Shown here: one piece after another, positions 51,101 to 63,206 of the stretch
Layout of the letters: every line of letters begins with the position of its first letter
How positions within the stretch are numbered: the stretch's first letter is position 1
Assembly (NCBI GenBank): GCA_016186795.1
Contig: JACPKY010000002.1
Span: forward strand, 218,593-282,592
Direction: 5' to 3'
DNA length: 64,000 nt
DNA from: Candidatus Gottesmanbacteria bacterium
Lineage (GTDB): Bacteria; Patescibacteriota; Microgenomatia; 2-02-FULL-39-11
Position numbers and translations under genes: made by a program
Notes under the pieces: model-generated
Databases searched by the model: none
What the model was told of the DNA's origin: nothing
Seen by the model: the letters and a program-made list of their open reading frames with translations, nothing else

Positions 51101-51444
51101 ACGTTATATTTTTTAAATACTCCACGTTTATGAAGATCTAATCCACAATTGAGGGCTGTTTGACCTCCGAAGCCAAGTAAAATACCATCCGGTTTTTCGT
51201 TCGCTATGACTTTTTCAACAAAATACGGTGTAACAGGTAAAAAATATATTTGATCAACGAGAGAAGAAGATGTCTGGATTGTCGCGATATTCGGATTTAT
51301 GAGGATGGTTTTAATTCCTTCTTCACGGAGAGCCTTTGCTGCTTGAGATCCCGAATAATCAAATTCCCCCGCTTCTCCAATTTTTAAAGCTCCGCTCCCC
51401 AGAACAATAACTTTTTTATACTTTTTTATGTAATTTTTAGCCAT
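48187..51444 (-). CDS. carB: Carbamoyl-phosphate synthase large subunit
   Basis: GEFDYSG, two ATP-grasp halves, NPETVSTDYD, C-terminal MGS domain. Confidence 0.97.
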   Translation of the reverse strand: MAKNYIKKYKKVIVLGSGALKIGEAGEFDYSGSQAAKALREEGIKTILINPNIATIQTSSSLVDQIYFLPVTPYFVEKVIANEKPDGILLGFGGQTALNCGLDLHKRGVFKKYNVSVLGTPVSAVDKTEDRLKFRKTIESLGFKVPVSRLCRTMKDVEKVRSTCQFPVIVRAGYSLGGLGSGVARRREELTKIAKSALSQAPQILVEEYLEHWKEIEYEVVRDRYNNTITVCNMENFDPMGIHTGESIVVAPSQTLTNEEYHRLREIAIKIVSELPIVGECNIQYALSPDNGDYRIIEVNARLSRSSALASKATGYPLAYIAAKLAVGFNLSEIQNQVTKATRAFFEPALDYVVVKIPRWDFLKFKDMNETIGSEMQSVGEVMAIGRTFEEAIQKGIRSLDLEYEGVISDDLSQEFVTSGKPPLKDLRPTPARIYNIAFNLFYGQKAEEITKATGIDRWFIERIASIVSLYKKMLSTKALTPLFLRELKQSGFSDKQIGKVFGKRPRDVRKVRKDWEIVPHVCQIDTLAGEFPAKTNYLYLSYHRIRDDIETGERNQVAIIGGGPYQIGSSVEFDWCAVNSVLTAKKLGFSPIMINSNPETVSTDYDISNKLYFEELTLERILDIADKEKCPFIVSVGGQIPNTLAPKLAGSGVKLLGTKPESIDNAEDREKFSALLDRLGIDQPQWKRLTTKADALTFSERIGYPVLVRPSYVLSGKAMMVAYSQKQLTEYLNQASTEVNPEYPIVISKFIRGAKEIDFDAVSQNGEIVVSAISEHVEHSGVHSGDASLVLPTFSLGSASLESIQEISQKIARHLKIHGPFNIQYLLSENGERLPHVLVIEANLRASRSFPFVSKVFHINFITMATKIMLGKTVEAIPYIRPKYFGVKVPHFSFTRLRQADPVLRVEMASTGEVACFGDTLYEAYLKALLSTGIPMPQKRALFSLGGEEGKNRLLPVARKLYQLGFKLYGTENTSRFFQANGIACTFVYKVHEKKRPNVVDIIKTKKVGMVINLSDRSDLAIQELKRQETDGYLIRRATVDTNTPLFTKATIASLFVSALERYRLETLSIKSWSDYVGKGERYE

Positions 51445-52526
51445 CGCTTTGCTTCGTTGACAAAATAATGAAACAACCACTCTGTGTCGGTAGGTCCAGG
51501 ATTTGCTTCCGGATGAAACTGAACGGCAAAAAAAGGAAATTTCTCATGTCGTATACCCTCATTGGTATTATCGTTCAGATTGATAAACCATATATTCCAG
51601 TCAGAAGGCAGAGATCTTTCCACCACTGAATACCCATGGTTATGGGAGGTAATATAACACTTTCCGCTGACTATATCTTTGACCGGCTGATTCTGTCCCC
51701 GATGGCCGTATTTCAATTTATAAATATCACCTCCAGCAGCCAAAGCAAGTAATTGCTGCCCCAGGCAAATTCCAAATGTAGGGATTTTTCTCTTGAGAAT
51801 TTCTTTCAGACTTCTTATGGTTTCGGGCATGGTTCTGGCATCACCCGGACCATTGGATACAAAAACTGCATCAAAGTCAGTTTCTTCTTTCAGCGGGTCG
51901 AAGTTCCAGGGTACACGGATGATAGTTGTATCATAACGTAAAAAAATTCGTATCTGATTTAACTTCAAGCCACAATCATAAAAAAGAATTTTCAGCTTGC
52001 CGTTACCATAAACTGTTTTTTCTTTCGTACTTACATAGGAGACAAGATTATCGCGGTTGATGTCATAAAAAGTAAACCCCGATAAATTTCGGGGTTTTTC
52101 AAATGTCATAATAGCGTTCATTACGCCCTTTTCTCGGAGAATCTTGGTAAGAGTCCGAGTATCTATCCCTGACAAAGCCGGTATATTTTCTTTTTTTAAC
52201 CAGGAAGAGAGAGACTCACTTGACTGCCAATGGCTGGCGTTTTGTACATAAGAAGACATCACCAAACCTCTGATTTGAATTTTTTCCGATTCAAAATGAG
52301 CAAGGAGTTGAAGTTTTTTACGACGTGCCGGTACTCCGTAATTACCAATGAGAGGATACGTCATTGTCAGAATCTGCCCGTAGTATGAGGGATCCGTAAA
52401 ACTTTCAGGATAACCTGTCATCCCTGTACTAAAAACAGCTTCTCCCTCGATATATCGTTCCGATCCCAAAGAATCACCTTCAAAAATTTGGCCGTTTTCA
52501 AGTATCAAATATCCTTTTTTGCCCAT
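51426..52526 (-). CDS. carA: Carbamoyl-phosphate synthase small subunit
   Basis: TGMTGYPES, SNGPGD, GICLG, GHRGQN, QFHPE. Confidence 0.97.
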   Translation of the reverse strand: MGKKGYLILENGQIFEGDSLGSERYIEGEAVFSTGMTGYPESFTDPSYYGQILTMTYPLIGNYGVPARRKKLQLLAHFESEKIQIRGLVMSSYVQNASHWQSSESLSSWLKKENIPALSGIDTRTLTKILREKGVMNAIMTFEKPRNLSGFTFYDINRDNLVSYVSTKEKTVYGNGKLKILFYDCGLKLNQIRIFLRYDTTIIRVPWNFDPLKEETDFDAVFVSNGPGDARTMPETIRSLKEILKRKIPTFGICLGQQLLALAAGGDIYKLKYGHRGQNQPVKDIVSGKCYITSHNHGYSVVERSLPSDWNIWFINLNDNTNEGIRHEKFPFFAVQFHPEANPGPTDTEWLFHYFVNEAKRWLKIT

Positions 52527-52606
52527 AAAAAAACCCCTCGTTTTTCTTTCAGGATTTATTTGCTATTATACACGTTTATTCTTTTTCATACAACGACCGT
52601 GGCTGT

Positions 52607-53038
52607 CTATGAAACTGACGGAAGGTGTTTTTGGGTTCGCCTTCGGTGAAGAACTTTCAATGCAATAACTGACCTGCGAAATGCAGCCTGTGCTTCAAGA
52701 TAATCTTTCTCTTCAGTTTTTTCTTTCAACGCTTCTTCGGCTCTTTTTTTTGCGGTTAAAACTTCCTGCTCATTCATTTCATCTGAGTTATAGGCAGAAG
52801 TCACAAGGATAGTTACTTTCTGGTTCGTCACTTGAACAAATCCTCCTCCTATTGCAAAATATGTCTCTTCTTTCCCCTTTTTGATTATAAGTTCTCCTTC
52901 AATAAGACGTGAAAAAAGTGGCATGTGGTGAGCAAGTATTCCAATAATTCCTGATGCGGATGGAGCAGTTACCATTGAAACCTGATCGCTATAAGCAACT
53001 TGCGAAGGAGTAATAATCTCAAGTAAAAATTCTGTCAT
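52607..53038 (-). CDS. atpC: ATP synthase F1 epsilon
   Basis: EIITP, GILAHH, GGF, operon position. Confidence 0.93.
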   Translation of the reverse strand: MTEFLLEIITPSQVAYSDQVSMVTAPSASGIIGILAHHMPLFSRLIEGELIIKKGKEETYFAIGGGFVQVTNQKVTILVTSAYNSDEMNEQEVLTAKKRAEEALKEKTEEKDYLEAQAAFRRSVIALKVLHRRRTQKHLPSVS

Positions 53039-53048
53039 AGTTTTTCTT

Positions 53049-55296
<2,248 letters not shown>

Positions 55297-55298
55297 AG

Positions 55299-56804
55299 TT
55301 AAAGTGTTTTTTTGAAATCTTCAATTGCTTTTTTTAGACGTACAATTGTATCATCTGATAATTTCTGCTCTTTGGCGATAGTTTGGAGAAGTTTCCTATG
55401 GATTGATTCTATATATTCAAGGAAATGCTCCTCAAACTCTGAAATTTTACTTACAGGCAAGTCATCAAGGTATCCACTTGAACCAGCAAAAAGAAGTACA
55501 ACCTGTTTTTCAACCGCAAGTGGTTCATACTGTTTTTGCTTCAAAAGCTCTACCATTCGTGCTCCACGATCAATTTGGGAACGGGTAGCTTGATCAAGAT
55601 CTGCCGCAAATTGTGCAAACGCGGCCAAAGAACGATACTGGGCAAGATCAAGCCGTAACTTTCCAGCAACTTGCTTCATCGCCTTTACTTGTGCATTCCC
55701 CCCTACCCTTGATACCGAAATTCCCACATTAATTGCAGGCCTGATACCCGCATAAAATAGATCTGATTCAAGAAATATTTGGCCATCAGTAATTGATATT
55801 ACATTTGTTGGAATATAGGCAGACATATCGCCCGCCTGGGTCTCAATGATAGGAAGAGCGGTAAGGGATCCTCCACCATACTTATCCGTGAGGCGACATG
55901 CTCTTTCCAAAAGTCGACTATGGAGATAGAAAACATCTCCCGGGTAGGCTTCACGACCTGAAGGTCGGCGTAAAATAAGAGAAATTTGTCGATACGCCCA
56001 TGCATGTTTTGAAAGATCATCGTAAATGACGCAAACATTTTTCCCTTTATCCATGAAGTACTCACCAATAGCACATCCTGTATACGGAGCAATAAATTGA
56101 AGTGATGCTGGATCAGAAGCATTGGCGGCAACAACAATCGTGTGATCCATTGCTCCCTTTTTCTGCAACGTATCGATTACCTGCGCAACGCGGGAAGTTT
56201 TTTGACCAATCGCAACGTAAATGCAAAGGACATTTTTCCCTTTCTGATTGATGATCGTATCCAAGACAAGAGCGGTTTTCCCTGTCCCTCGATCACCAAT
56301 GATGAGTTCCCGCTGGCCAAGACCAATTGGGATCATTGCATCAATTGCTTTAATCCCAGTCTGAAGTGGTGTATTTACCGGCTGACGTCGCACCACCCCG
56401 GGAGCAATTTTTTCTATTGGGTAGAATGTTTTTGTCGATATTTCTGCTTTCCCATCAAGGGACACACCAAGAGGATTTATTACTCTCCCGATTAAGGAAT
56501 CTGAAACTCCAATTGAGAGAAGTCGGCCAGTTCCTTTCACCGTATCTCCCTGACTGATCTTTTGGTACTCTCCCAAGACAATAGCTCCCACTTCATCCTC
56601 TTCGAGGTTAATGGCAAGACCCATGATATTTCCCGGAAACTCAACCATTTCTGAGTAGGCAAGGTCTTTAAGTCCCGCGATTCGTACAGCACCATCGCCT
56701 ATTGCGACAACTGAACCGGTAAAACCAGATTCTATTTTGGGAGAATATGATTTCAGTTTTTTTAAAATTTCCTGTGCAATAAGACTCGAGGACTTTTTTT
56801 CCAT
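55299..56804 (-). CDS. atpA: ATP synthase F1 alpha
   Basis: [33 protein letters not shown]. Confidence 0.98.
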   Translation of the reverse strand: MEKKSSSLIAQEILKKLKSYSPKIESGFTGSVVAIGDGAVRIAGLKDLAYSEMVEFPGNIMGLAINLEEDEVGAIVLGEYQKISQGDTVKGTGRLLSIGVSDSLIGRVINPLGVSLDGKAEISTKTFYPIEKIAPGVVRRQPVNTPLQTGIKAIDAMIPIGLGQRELIIGDRGTGKTALVLDTIINQKGKNVLCIYVAIGQKTSRVAQVIDTLQKKGAMDHTIVVAANASDPASLQFIAPYTGCAIGEYFMDKGKNVCVIYDDLSKHAWAYRQISLILRRPSGREAYPGDVFYLHSRLLERACRLTDKYGGGSLTALPIIETQAGDMSAYIPTNVISITDGQIFLESDLFYAGIRPAINVGISVSRVGGNAQVKAMKQVAGKLRLDLAQYRSLAAFAQFAADLDQATRSQIDRGARMVELLKQKQYEPLAVEKQVVLLFAGSSGYLDDLPVSKISEFEEHFLEYIESIHRKLLQTIAKEQKLSDDTIVRLKKAIEDFKKTL

Positions 56805-56807
56805 AGG

Positions 56808-57161
56808 TTAGTACGAGAGCAATTGACGTTTCAATAGTTGTAACTCCGAGGCAATACTTGCATCAAGATACCAATCTCCAACACGAAGAGTAAATCCACC
56901 AATAAGATTTTTATCAACATGAACCTCAAGTGGGACACTAACATTAAGCGTTGTCTTGATAAACTTATTAACTGATGCAATCTGATCAGACGTAAGCTTT
57001 ATGGGAGAGGTTATGATAGCGCGATCTGCACCTTTTGCCTTTTGTTCTTCCTTTTTAAAATTTTTTGTAACCTCTCCTAGTAATTTCTCTTGTCCAGAGT
57101 CTTTCAGATAATCAACTACCGCCGCAACAACTTGCTTCGATTTTTTCGTAATGCTCTTCAT
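56808..57161 (-). CDS. atpH: ATP synthase delta (truncated, mostly C-terminal domain)
   Basis: VDKNLIGG..LRVGD..LDAS, operon position. Confidence 0.85.
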   Translation of the reverse strand: MKSITKKSKQVVAAVVDYLKDSGQEKLLGEVTKNFKKEEQKAKGADRAIITSPIKLTSDQIASVNKFIKTTLNVSVPLEVHVDKNLIGGFTLRVGDWYLDASIASELQLLKRQLLSY

Positions 57162-57163
57162 GT

Positions 57164-57661
57164 TTATTTCATTCCGTGGATGACCTTTTTGAGTTTTTTG
57201 TCAATAATCATTTTCTGATCGGTTGAAGATAGTACATCGCTTAGAGCTCTCCCCGCTACTTCAACTGCTATTTCTACCATTTGTTTCTGGAGATGTGTTT
57301 CCATTTCTTTGCGCTCTATCTCCACATCCCTTTTCCCTTTTTCAACAATTTCTTTTGCTTCGCCGGAAGCTTTTGCAATTATCTCATCGGCAACTTTCTT
57401 ACCCGATATCTTGCCCTCCTCGATAATTGACCGCACTTCTTTTTTTGCCTCATCCAGAAGTTCTCCTTTCTTCTTTTCTACTTTCTCCAACTCAAGCTTT
57501 ACTTTCTCTGTATAGTTCAATCCTTCTTCAATTTTTTTCCTTCTTTCCTCAAGAGCTTTCATAATAGGCTTGTATAAAAGCTTTTGTAACACAAAAAGCA
57601 TGATGAGAAAATTTATTGCCTGTGTTAGAAGCTGAACTGGCTGTATACCTAAATTTTCCAT
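57164..57661 (-). CDS. atpF: ATP synthase Fo b
   Basis: N-terminal TM, YKPI..LEERRKKI, coiled coil. Confidence 0.95.
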   Translation of the reverse strand: MENLGIQPVQLLTQAINFLIMLFVLQKLLYKPIMKALEERRKKIEEGLNYTEKVKLELEKVEKKKGELLDEAKKEVRSIIEEGKISGKKVADEIIAKASGEAKEIVEKGKRDVEIERKEMETHLQKQMVEIAVEVAGRALSDVLSSTDQKMIIDKKLKKVIHGMK

Positions 57662-57685
57662 AGAATCGAAATGTACATGGTACTT

Positions 57686-57913
<228 letters not shown>

Positions 57914-57928
57914 CTATTTTCACCTCCT

Positions 57929-58669
57929 TTAATGACTCTCTTTCACCGTTGCTAATGATAAAAATACTGCGGTGAGCATTGCAAAAACCATTGCTTGTAT
58001 AAATCCAACAAATAATTCTAAGCCTAAAAAGGGAAGTGGTGCCAAGAGAGGCACAAAAAATGCTATCACGGTAAGAAGCACTTCTCCCGCGAAAACGTTT
58101 CCAAATAAACGGAATGAGTAAGAAACGATTCTAGAAAGCTCTGATATCAATTCAAGAATACCAACAAAGAAATATATTGGGTTTGAAAAGTTGAAAAATT
58201 TTTTGAGGTAGGATAATCCCAAAGCGGAAATGCCAGCATACTCAATATACACAAACGTGATGAGTGCAAGTGCAAGTGTCGTGTTTAAATCTGCCGTACC
58301 AGCTCGAAAGAGTGGAATGAACTCTACTTCCCCGTGCGTTATTTTTTCCAAACCAATTGTGCCCACTCCAGGAAGCAACCCCACCCAATTCATCAAGATG
58401 ATAAAGAAAAAAAGTGTTGCAAGAAAAGGGTAAAACCGTCTGGTTTTCTCTCCCAAAACACTTTCGAAAAGTGTAAACAACCCTTCAACTGCTATTTCAA
58501 AGATGGACTGAAGGACTCCGGGGATTGCAATAATCTTCGACCGAACGATTAGTGCCAAACTAGTAAGAACTACCATAACAAGCCAGGTAGTCAAAAGCGA
58601 GTTAGTAACAGGAAGAAATGTCCCTATCTGGGTAATTGTCTCGGCCGATAGTGAAATATGGATACCCAT
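57929..58669 (-). CDS. atpB: ATP synthase Fo a
   Basis: TADLN, SFRLFGN, FIQAMVF. Confidence 0.96.
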   Translation of the reverse strand: MGIHISLSAETITQIGTFLPVTNSLLTTWLVMVVLTSLALIVRSKIIAIPGVLQSIFEIAVEGLFTLFESVLGEKTRRFYPFLATLFFFIILMNWVGLLPGVGTIGLEKITHGEVEFIPLFRAGTADLNTTLALALITFVYIEYAGISALGLSYLKKFFNFSNPIYFFVGILELISELSRIVSYSFRLFGNVFAGEVLLTVIAFFVPLLAPLPFLGLELFVGFIQAMVFAMLTAVFLSLATVKESH

Positions 58670-58672
58670 CTT

Positions 58673-58969
58673 TTACTCGTTTTCCAATTCTTTCAATATT
58701 TTATAAATACTATACCCTCCGATGAATAATCCCAAAAAAAGAAAAAACAACGTCATTCGGGGACTTGTCTGGAGTCGTCTGTCAACAATACTACCAATGA
58801 TGGCTCCACCTACAAGCGGAACGGACATCGAAAAACCGACACTGCCGGCCAATGAAAGTATATGATTTGTATCTCCGCGAGCTTTTTTGTACTTCTTACT
58901 CTTCAGCCCACTATCGAACTGGACGATCCAGTCATTGACTGTTTTTTCGATTTTTTTGTTCTTTTCCAT
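58673..58969 (-). CDS. AtpZ/AtpI family 2-TM protein
   Basis: G..G..VD...TSP with two TM helices, first gene of the atp operon. Confidence 0.85.
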   Translation of the reverse strand: MEKNKKIEKTVNDWIVQFDSGLKSKKYKKARGDTNHILSLAGSVGFSMSVPLVGGAIIGSIVDRRLQTSPRMTLFFLFLGLFIGGYSIYKILKELENE

Positions 58970-58978
58970 ATTGTAAAT

Positions 58979-61900
58979 TTACTCCCGAAGTAAGTCAAGA
59001 CGTTTCATGTCATCAACAATGATACTGAGTCGATCATCTTTTTCGCTCACCTTCCCTTTTACAATTACTGGCTGATCACGCCTCCATAAATCCTTCGTGC
59101 GCTCATAGACAGATGGGAACACAATAAGCTCAATTGCTCCGGTAAGATCATCTATTTTTACAAACGCCATCTCACTACTATTTTTCCGCGTAATAATTTT
59201 TTTGACCTGCGTAATAATTCCACCAACAATAACAAGATTTTGCGTAAATGTGAGTGCGTTAATTCTATGTGTCACTTTTTTCTCTAAAATAGGTAAATAT
59301 GGTGAAAGTGGATGTTCAGAAAGATACACACCAAGAAGCTCTTTTTCGAAAAGAAGCAATTCTTCGCGCGAGAGTTCCTCTACTTCTGGAAGAATATCTT
59401 TGATGGAATTGACACTTTCATCATCGGCAAATAAGCTTACTTGTCCTTCGATTTTTTTACTGTTTGTCGTATGTACACGCTCCACAATCTGTGGAAATGC
59501 ACTAAGTAAAGCTGCGCGTTTGCCAAAATGATCAAATGCTCCTGCTTTAATAAGACTCTCCAGAGTTTTTCGGGTAACCTTCGAAAGGTCAACTCGCGAT
59601 ACAAAATCGGTAAATGAGAGAAATGGCCCACCTTTTCCACGAGCGGCAAGAATTGAATCAATAGCGGCCGTCCCTACATTTTTAATTGCCGAAAGTCCAA
59701 AACTTATTTTCCCTTGCTCACTTTTTTTCTCAGAAGGGACGATTGTAAATTCGATATCAGATACATTTATATCCGGTGGAAGGAGATCTATTTTCATCCT
59801 CCGGCACTCGGCAATTGCTTGTGCAACTTTTTCATCACTTGTTGGTCCGGAACTACTCCGGCTTTCTGCAGTTAATACTGCGGTCATAAATTCCACTTTA
59901 TATTTCGCCTTCATGTATGCCGTCTGGTAAGCAATAAGTGCATACGAGGCGGAATGGGCTTTGTTAAATCCATATCCAACAAACTTTTCGATGAGAGAGA
60001 AAACATTTTCCGCAACTTTCTTGCTATATCCTTTTTTGATGCATCCGTTGATAAACTTTTCTTTTTCTCGCCTCATAACTTCCGGTTTTTTCTTGCCAAT
60101 TGCCATTCGAAGTTTGTCCGCTTCAACCATCGTGTATCCTGCAAGACTATTTGCTATCTGCATGCACTGCTCCTGATAAACAGCAATACCGTATGTTTCG
60201 GAAAGGATGGGTTTAAGATCTGGATGCGGGTATTTAATTTTGGCAGGATTTTCCTTTGCTTCAATAAATGTAGGAATCCAATCCATTGGCCCAGGTCTGA
60301 AAAGCGCAACCATGGCTGCAATATCAGAAAATTTTGTAGGTTTAAGGTCTCGTGCTAACCTTCTCATTCCTCCGGATTCAAGCTGGAAAATACCAGTTGT
60401 TTCCCCTGACGTTATAAGAGTATACACTTCCCGATCGTCCAAAGGTATTGTTTGGAGATTAACTTCAAATTCTCTGGTAAACTTGACGAATTGAATACAG
60501 TTTTCAAGGATAGTTAGATTGCGAAGTCCTAAAAGATCCATCTTGAGAAGCCCAACAGCTTTCCCATCGGCAGCATTCAGATCCAAGCAGTACATATCAT
60601 ATTGCGTAATAATCCGATCACCCTTAGTTTCTTTTTGTAATGGGGTATATGAGGTGAGAGGTTTATCAGAAATGACTACTCCTGCGGCATGAAGCGATGC
60701 ATGACGGGAAACTCCTTCGAGCTTTTTGGCAAGATCCAAAAGTCTTTTTGTTTCTGGCTCTTCCGTATATGCCTGATTTAACTCAGGAGTTAACTCCAAT
60801 GCCTTATTTATCGTCATTGGAAATCCTTGAGCGCCCGGTGGAATCATTTTCGCAATTCGATCAGGTTGCGCATACGGCATCCCAAGAGCACGTCCGACAT
60901 CTCGTACTGCTTGCCGGGCCTCCATTGTGCCAAAAGTAATAATTTGTGCTACCTTATCGCTTCCGTATTTCTCGGTCACATAGGCGATGACTTCATCCCT
61001 GCGATCATCGGCAAAGTCAAGATCGATATCCGGAGGAGAGGGTCTATCGGGATTTAAGAACCGCTCAAAAGGAAGTTGATGGAACAATGGATCAAGTTCA
61101 GTAATCCCCATCGAGTAGGCAACAAGACTTCCTGCCGCCGATCCCCGCCCCGGACCCACAGCAATTCCTTTCCGTTTTGCCCAGTTGACGAAATCTGCAA
61201 CAATGAGAAAGTAGGTAGCGTACCCTTTTTGCAGAATAATTCCCAGTTCATACTCAAGCCGCGTATCCAATTCATTGGTTTTTCGTTTGAAACGTGTGGA
61301 AAGCCCGTCTCTTGCTAGTTTTTTCAAGTATGATTCGGGAGTAGATCCCACTGGCACGTCGAATTCAGGAAGAATCCATTTCCCCAAATCAATATTTACG
61401 TTACACATCTCGGCAATTTTGACAGTATTGGCAAGAGCTTCAGGATATTTCAGAAACTGTCCTTTCATTTCCTCGATTGATTTCAAATAGAAATCAGGCG
61501 ATGAAATCATAGATAACGGTCTCTTGGAATCAAGTATTGATCGTTGTGTCTGAACACAGAGAAGAATTTCTTGTGCCTCGGCATCCTCGGCCTTAATATA
61601 GTGCGAATCATTCGTGGCAACTAATGGTATTGCCAAATTCCGAGACAGCTCCACAATCTTTTTGTTCACAATTTCCTGTTCGGGAATTTTTGGATGACTT
61701 TGCAGTTCCAAAAAAAAGTTACCATCGCCAAAAATATCAACAAATTCCCGAGTTCTCCGTTCTGCTTGTTGATCCTGATTCGTTAACAGAAGATGTGGTA
61801 TTTCGCCATTTAAACATGCTGAAAGGCCAATAATTCCTTCGCAGTGGTCACGCAGGATCTGAAGGTCAATACGGGGTTTATAGTAGTACCCTTCAAGATG

Positions 61901-62227
61901 AGCATGGGTTATGAGTCGCATAAGATTCTGATACCCAACATTATTTTTTGCAAGGAGAACAAGATGATACTGATCACTGTCGATCCCAGATTGTTTATCG
62001 AATCTGCTTCTGCTTGCTTGGTATGCTTCCACCCCAATAATTGGCTTGATACCGGCCTCTTTTGCTTTGAGGAAAAATTTAATCGCTCCGTACATTGCAC
62101 CATGGTCAGTAAGGGCTAATGCATCCATTCCTAGTTCTTTTATGCGTTTAAGCATGTCGGGGATCTTAGAAAGCCCATCAAGAAGGGAGTATTCACTATG
62201 AGTATGAAGATGAACAAATTCGGACAT
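58979..62227 (-). CDS. dnaE: DNA polymerase III alpha subunit
   Basis: HLHTHSEYSLLDG (PHP), GPGRGSAAGS, PPDIDLD, KMDLLGL, C-terminal OB fold. Confidence 0.98.
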   Translation of the reverse strand: MSEFVHLHTHSEYSLLDGLSKIPDMLKRIKELGMDALALTDHGAMYGAIKFFLKAKEAGIKPIIGVEAYQASRSRFDKQSGIDSDQYHLVLLAKNNVGYQNLMRLITHAHLEGYYYKPRIDLQILRDHCEGIIGLSACLNGEIPHLLLTNQDQQAERRTREFVDIFGDGNFFLELQSHPKIPEQEIVNKKIVELSRNLAIPLVATNDSHYIKAEDAEAQEILLCVQTQRSILDSKRPLSMISSPDFYLKSIEEMKGQFLKYPEALANTVKIAEMCNVNIDLGKWILPEFDVPVGSTPESYLKKLARDGLSTRFKRKTNELDTRLEYELGIILQKGYATYFLIVADFVNWAKRKGIAVGPGRGSAAGSLVAYSMGITELDPLFHQLPFERFLNPDRPSPPDIDLDFADDRRDEVIAYVTEKYGSDKVAQIITFGTMEARQAVRDVGRALGMPYAQPDRIAKMIPPGAQGFPMTINKALELTPELNQAYTEEPETKRLLDLAKKLEGVSRHASLHAAGVVISDKPLTSYTPLQKETKGDRIITQYDMYCLDLNAADGKAVGLLKMDLLGLRNLTILENCIQFVKFTREFEVNLQTIPLDDREVYTLITSGETTGIFQLESGGMRRLARDLKPTKFSDIAAMVALFRPGPMDWIPTFIEAKENPAKIKYPHPDLKPILSETYGIAVYQEQCMQIANSLAGYTMVEADKLRMAIGKKKPEVMRREKEKFINGCIKKGYSKKVAENVFSLIEKFVGYGFNKAHSASYALIAYQTAYMKAKYKVEFMTAVLTAESRSSSGPTSDEKVAQAIAECRRMKIDLLPPDINVSDIEFTIVPSEKKSEQGKISFGLSAIKNVGTAAIDSILAARGKGGPFLSFTDFVSRVDLSKVTRKTLESLIKAGAFDHFGKRAALLSAFPQIVERVHTTNSKKIEGQVSLFADDESVNSIKDILPEVEELSREELLLFEKELLGVYLSEHPLSPYLPILEKKVTHRINALTFTQNLVIVGGIITQVKKIITRKNSSEMAFVKIDDLTGAIELIVFPSVYERTKDLWRRDQPVIVKGKVSEKDDRLSIIVDDMKRLDLLRE

Positions 62228-62228
62228 A

Positions 62229-63203
62229 CTACACAAAAACTTTCTCAAATAATTTATCTAGAGATATAAGACCTTCCTTTTCGAGTTCTCCGATTGATTG
62301 TGTCAGTTGATTTACAAAAGGATAATGCGTATCAATATCTTGTCTTTCTAATTTCGTTGATAAAAAAAGCGCGCTTCTAAAAAAAGATAATTCAATAATC
62401 ATTCCTAATACATTCGTTGAGATTCGTTTATCCCCCCATTCGTCCTTTATTTTATCGCGGAATTGTGGTGGAGTCAGGTTGGATAGTTCTTTTATTGGCG
62501 GGAAAGCAAGAATATCTTTGACAGCCTTAAAAAAATGTGCGTGATGTTCTGCTTCTCTGGTCATTCTATCGTACAACCGGTTTGCCTTATTTCCTGAATC
62601 TTTTGCAACCCAACCTCTTGCACCTTCTAACTCCTTTGCAATGAGTGGATTGTCTTGGTCGATTAGACCGTACGATGTTGTGAAGGTGAATGGTGGATCT
62701 TTAATATCTACTTTTGCACTTTCTAATCCATCTAAGTTCTTTTTAATACTTTCTGTTTCTTCATCAGTTGCTCCAAAAATCCAAATAGATACTTCATCAG
62801 CAGCATGAGTCGGCCGGACGATTACTATTTTTGCTTTACTTTCATGAGGCAACCCCCGGTCAAGAAGTTTCAACGCTTTTGCAGCAGATAATTCTATACA
62901 AACATCACCGAAAGCCTTGCTTGATTTATTTGCATACTTGAGATTATCAGCATCGACATGAATATACATAAAGTTTTGTCCTTCGCGGATAGCCTCGGAT
63001 AAATCGGATATAATTGATTCTTCACCTTCTAACTCAAGAATGGGAAGACCTGTCAATCTATCAAGTTTCGGCTGCAAACCACTTCGATTTGAAACGACAT
63101 GGGCTCCCTGAAAGCGGGGTGGAATCACTAACGATTCTCCTACTTGGATTAACTGAGGTATAACTTGATCTCGAATAGCTTGTGATTGTGGTGTCTCTAT
63201 CAC
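62229..63203 (-). CDS. Degenerate GGDEF-fold protein
   Basis: DRLTGL, VDADNLKYAN..FGD, R..HAADEV, TTSYG. Confidence 0.6.
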   Translation of the reverse strand: MIETPQSQAIRDQVIPQLIQVGESLVIPPRFQGAHVVSNRSGLQPKLDRLTGLPILELEGEESIISDLSEAIREGQNFMYIHVDADNLKYANKSSKAFGDVCIELSAAKALKLLDRGLPHESKAKIVIVRPTHAADEVSIWIFGATDEETESIKKNLDGLESAKVDIKDPPFTFTTSYGLIDQDNPLIAKELEGARGWVAKDSGNKANRLYDRMTREAEHHAHFFKAVKDILAFPPIKELSNLTPPQFRDKIKDEWGDKRISTNVLGMIIELSFFRSALFLSTKLERQDIDTHYPFVNQLTQSIGELEKEGLISLDKLFEKVFV

Positions 63204-63206
63204 TTT

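Noticed and set aside
58979-62227. Intein in dnaE
   Set aside because: Normal length with continuous motifs and no intein or LAGLIDADG blocks.
62229-63203. Cas10 or reverse transcriptase palm domain
   Set aside because: There is no GGDD or YADD motif, no cas genes, no array and no retron-like ncRNA nearby.
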